From: Octopus bimaculoides
Taxonomy: Eukaryota
Length of the DNA: 38,205 bases
Assembly (NCBI RefSeq): GCF_001194135.2
Contig: NC_068983.1
Location: 28,703,829-28,742,033, forward strand
Reading direction: 5' to 3'
Position numbers and translations under genes: made by a program. The notes under the pieces were generated by a model. It worked only from the letters and a program-made list of their open reading frames with translations, had not been told where the DNA came from and searched no databases. Shown here piece after piece: positions 37,064 to 38,205 of the stretch. Every line of letters starts with the position of its first letter. The first letter of the stretch is position 1.

Positions 37064-37719
37064 CTATTTACCACCTTTAGTACAGTCGATGTACAAAACT
37101 AATATAATAATACTACCAACGTGTAAAAAATACTGATATATAAGACTTGCAAGTGTAATAATGCTATCACTAAAACCTGATACATATTCCAGTGTTGAGC
37201 CAAAAATCATATAATGCTAGAAAAAGTAGCCATGTCTCCCTCAAATCACACCTTATCTTAAAACAGAAAAGGATGCATCAGGTACTGCAGTTATTGATGC
37301 AGCATGTCTGTATAAAGAAAGTAAAAAAGAATGTTTGTTGATATTGGTCTGCTTCATTAATCCTGGCCTGGAGCTAAATAACTTTTCCTTTTGTGTAAAA
37401 ATAGCAGGACATAACTTATTCATTTGCATCTCACTTCCATCCAGCTGAATTAATATAATTAATTAAACATTTAATTACTGTAAACATTGAATTAATAAAT
37501 AACTTCAGTTATAATGTGCATTGGCATGTTTTTAATTTTATTTCAAACAAGTTTACTTTCTTTCTATCAATGTTATTTTGGAATTAATGTGTCTGAAACT
37601 GTAATTATTGTTGTTAATAATGGCAGTAGTGACACTGGTGGCACTCACACCCAGATCAATGCAGATGAAGCAGACATGATTTAAGGCAGTCCAGCTGCAA
37701 CCATCCCATCTAGGACTAG

Positions 37720-38112
37720 ATTATCAAAGTTGAGTCAAGTACATCAACATCAAAATAAAAATCAAATGGAAATTGTAGTCGTAATACCTGTGCTGGTGGC
37801 ATGTAAAAAGCACCATCTGAACATGGCCAATGCCAGCACCGCTTTGACTGGCTTCCGTGCCAGTGGCACGTAAAAAGCACCAACTGATCATGACCACTGC
37901 CAGCCTCCTCTGGCCCCTGTGCTGGTGGCACGTAAAAAGCACCCACTACACTCACGGAGTGGTTAACGTTAGGAAGGGCATCCAGATTTAGAAACACTGC
38001 CAGATCAGACTGGAGACTGGTGCAGCCTCCTGGCTTCCCAGACCCCAGTTGAACCGTCCAACCTATGCTAGCATGGAAAACGGACATTAAACGATGATGA
38101 CGATGATGATGA
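37720..38112 (+). mobile_element. Longest copy of the (GAT)n-tailed SINE-like repeat, with three internal 25-bp units
   Basis: GTGC(T/C)(G/A)GTGGCA(C/T)GTAAAAAGCACC at 37790, 37857 and 37919; 3' end CCGTCCAACCTATGCTAGCATGGAAAACGGACATTAAACGATGATGACGATG. The 5' boundary is approximate. Confidence 0.8.
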
Positions 38113-38169
38113 TATATATATATATATATGTGTGTGTGCCTGTGTGTGTGTGTGTGTGTGTCTGTGTGT

Positions 38170-38205
<36 letters not shown>

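Noticed and set aside
37790-37943. Three 25-bp partly palindromic repeats with 37-42 bp spacers, superficially CRISPR-like
   Set aside because: Internal to a eukaryotic interspersed repeat present many times in the window; no cas genes; eukaryotic context.

Overview
AT-rich eukaryotic genomic window with five assembly gaps (909-1077, 4566-4925, 23545-23727, 29918-30876, 33031-33040), dense microsatellites and many interspersed repeats. The repeat families and microsatellite load look like an octopus/coleoid cephalopod draft genome (my inference, not a database result). Almost all ORFs in the supplied track are microsatellite, gap or repeat artefacts. The best-supported coding remnants are: an uninterrupted RTE-clade LINE reverse-transcriptase fragment (3-296, minus); two different R4/Dong-like RLE retrotransposon 3' fragments whose ends abut (AAT)n tracts (1930-2082 and 2991-3865, minus), interleaved with three head-to-tail SINEs in one (ATT)n scaffold; and a 1018-bp hAT (Buster/Charlie-type) deletion derivative with TIRs, a perfect 8-bp TSD and a decayed transposase C-terminus (7079-8096). 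Three short, phase-compatible plus-strand exon candidates (10939-10978, 11684-11753, 25356-25418) splice into a 57-aa open peptide that I cannot name, suggesting much of the window is intron of an unidentified host gene. Also present: several tRNA-derived SINE families, TTAA-flanked and fold-back MITEs, a Helentron/HINE-like element and a 78-bp x3 minisatellite. No rRNA, true tRNA or CRISPR array is supported. I found no clearly new biological system; the most unusual signals are the microsatellite-nested retroelement cluster and the hidden exon chain.
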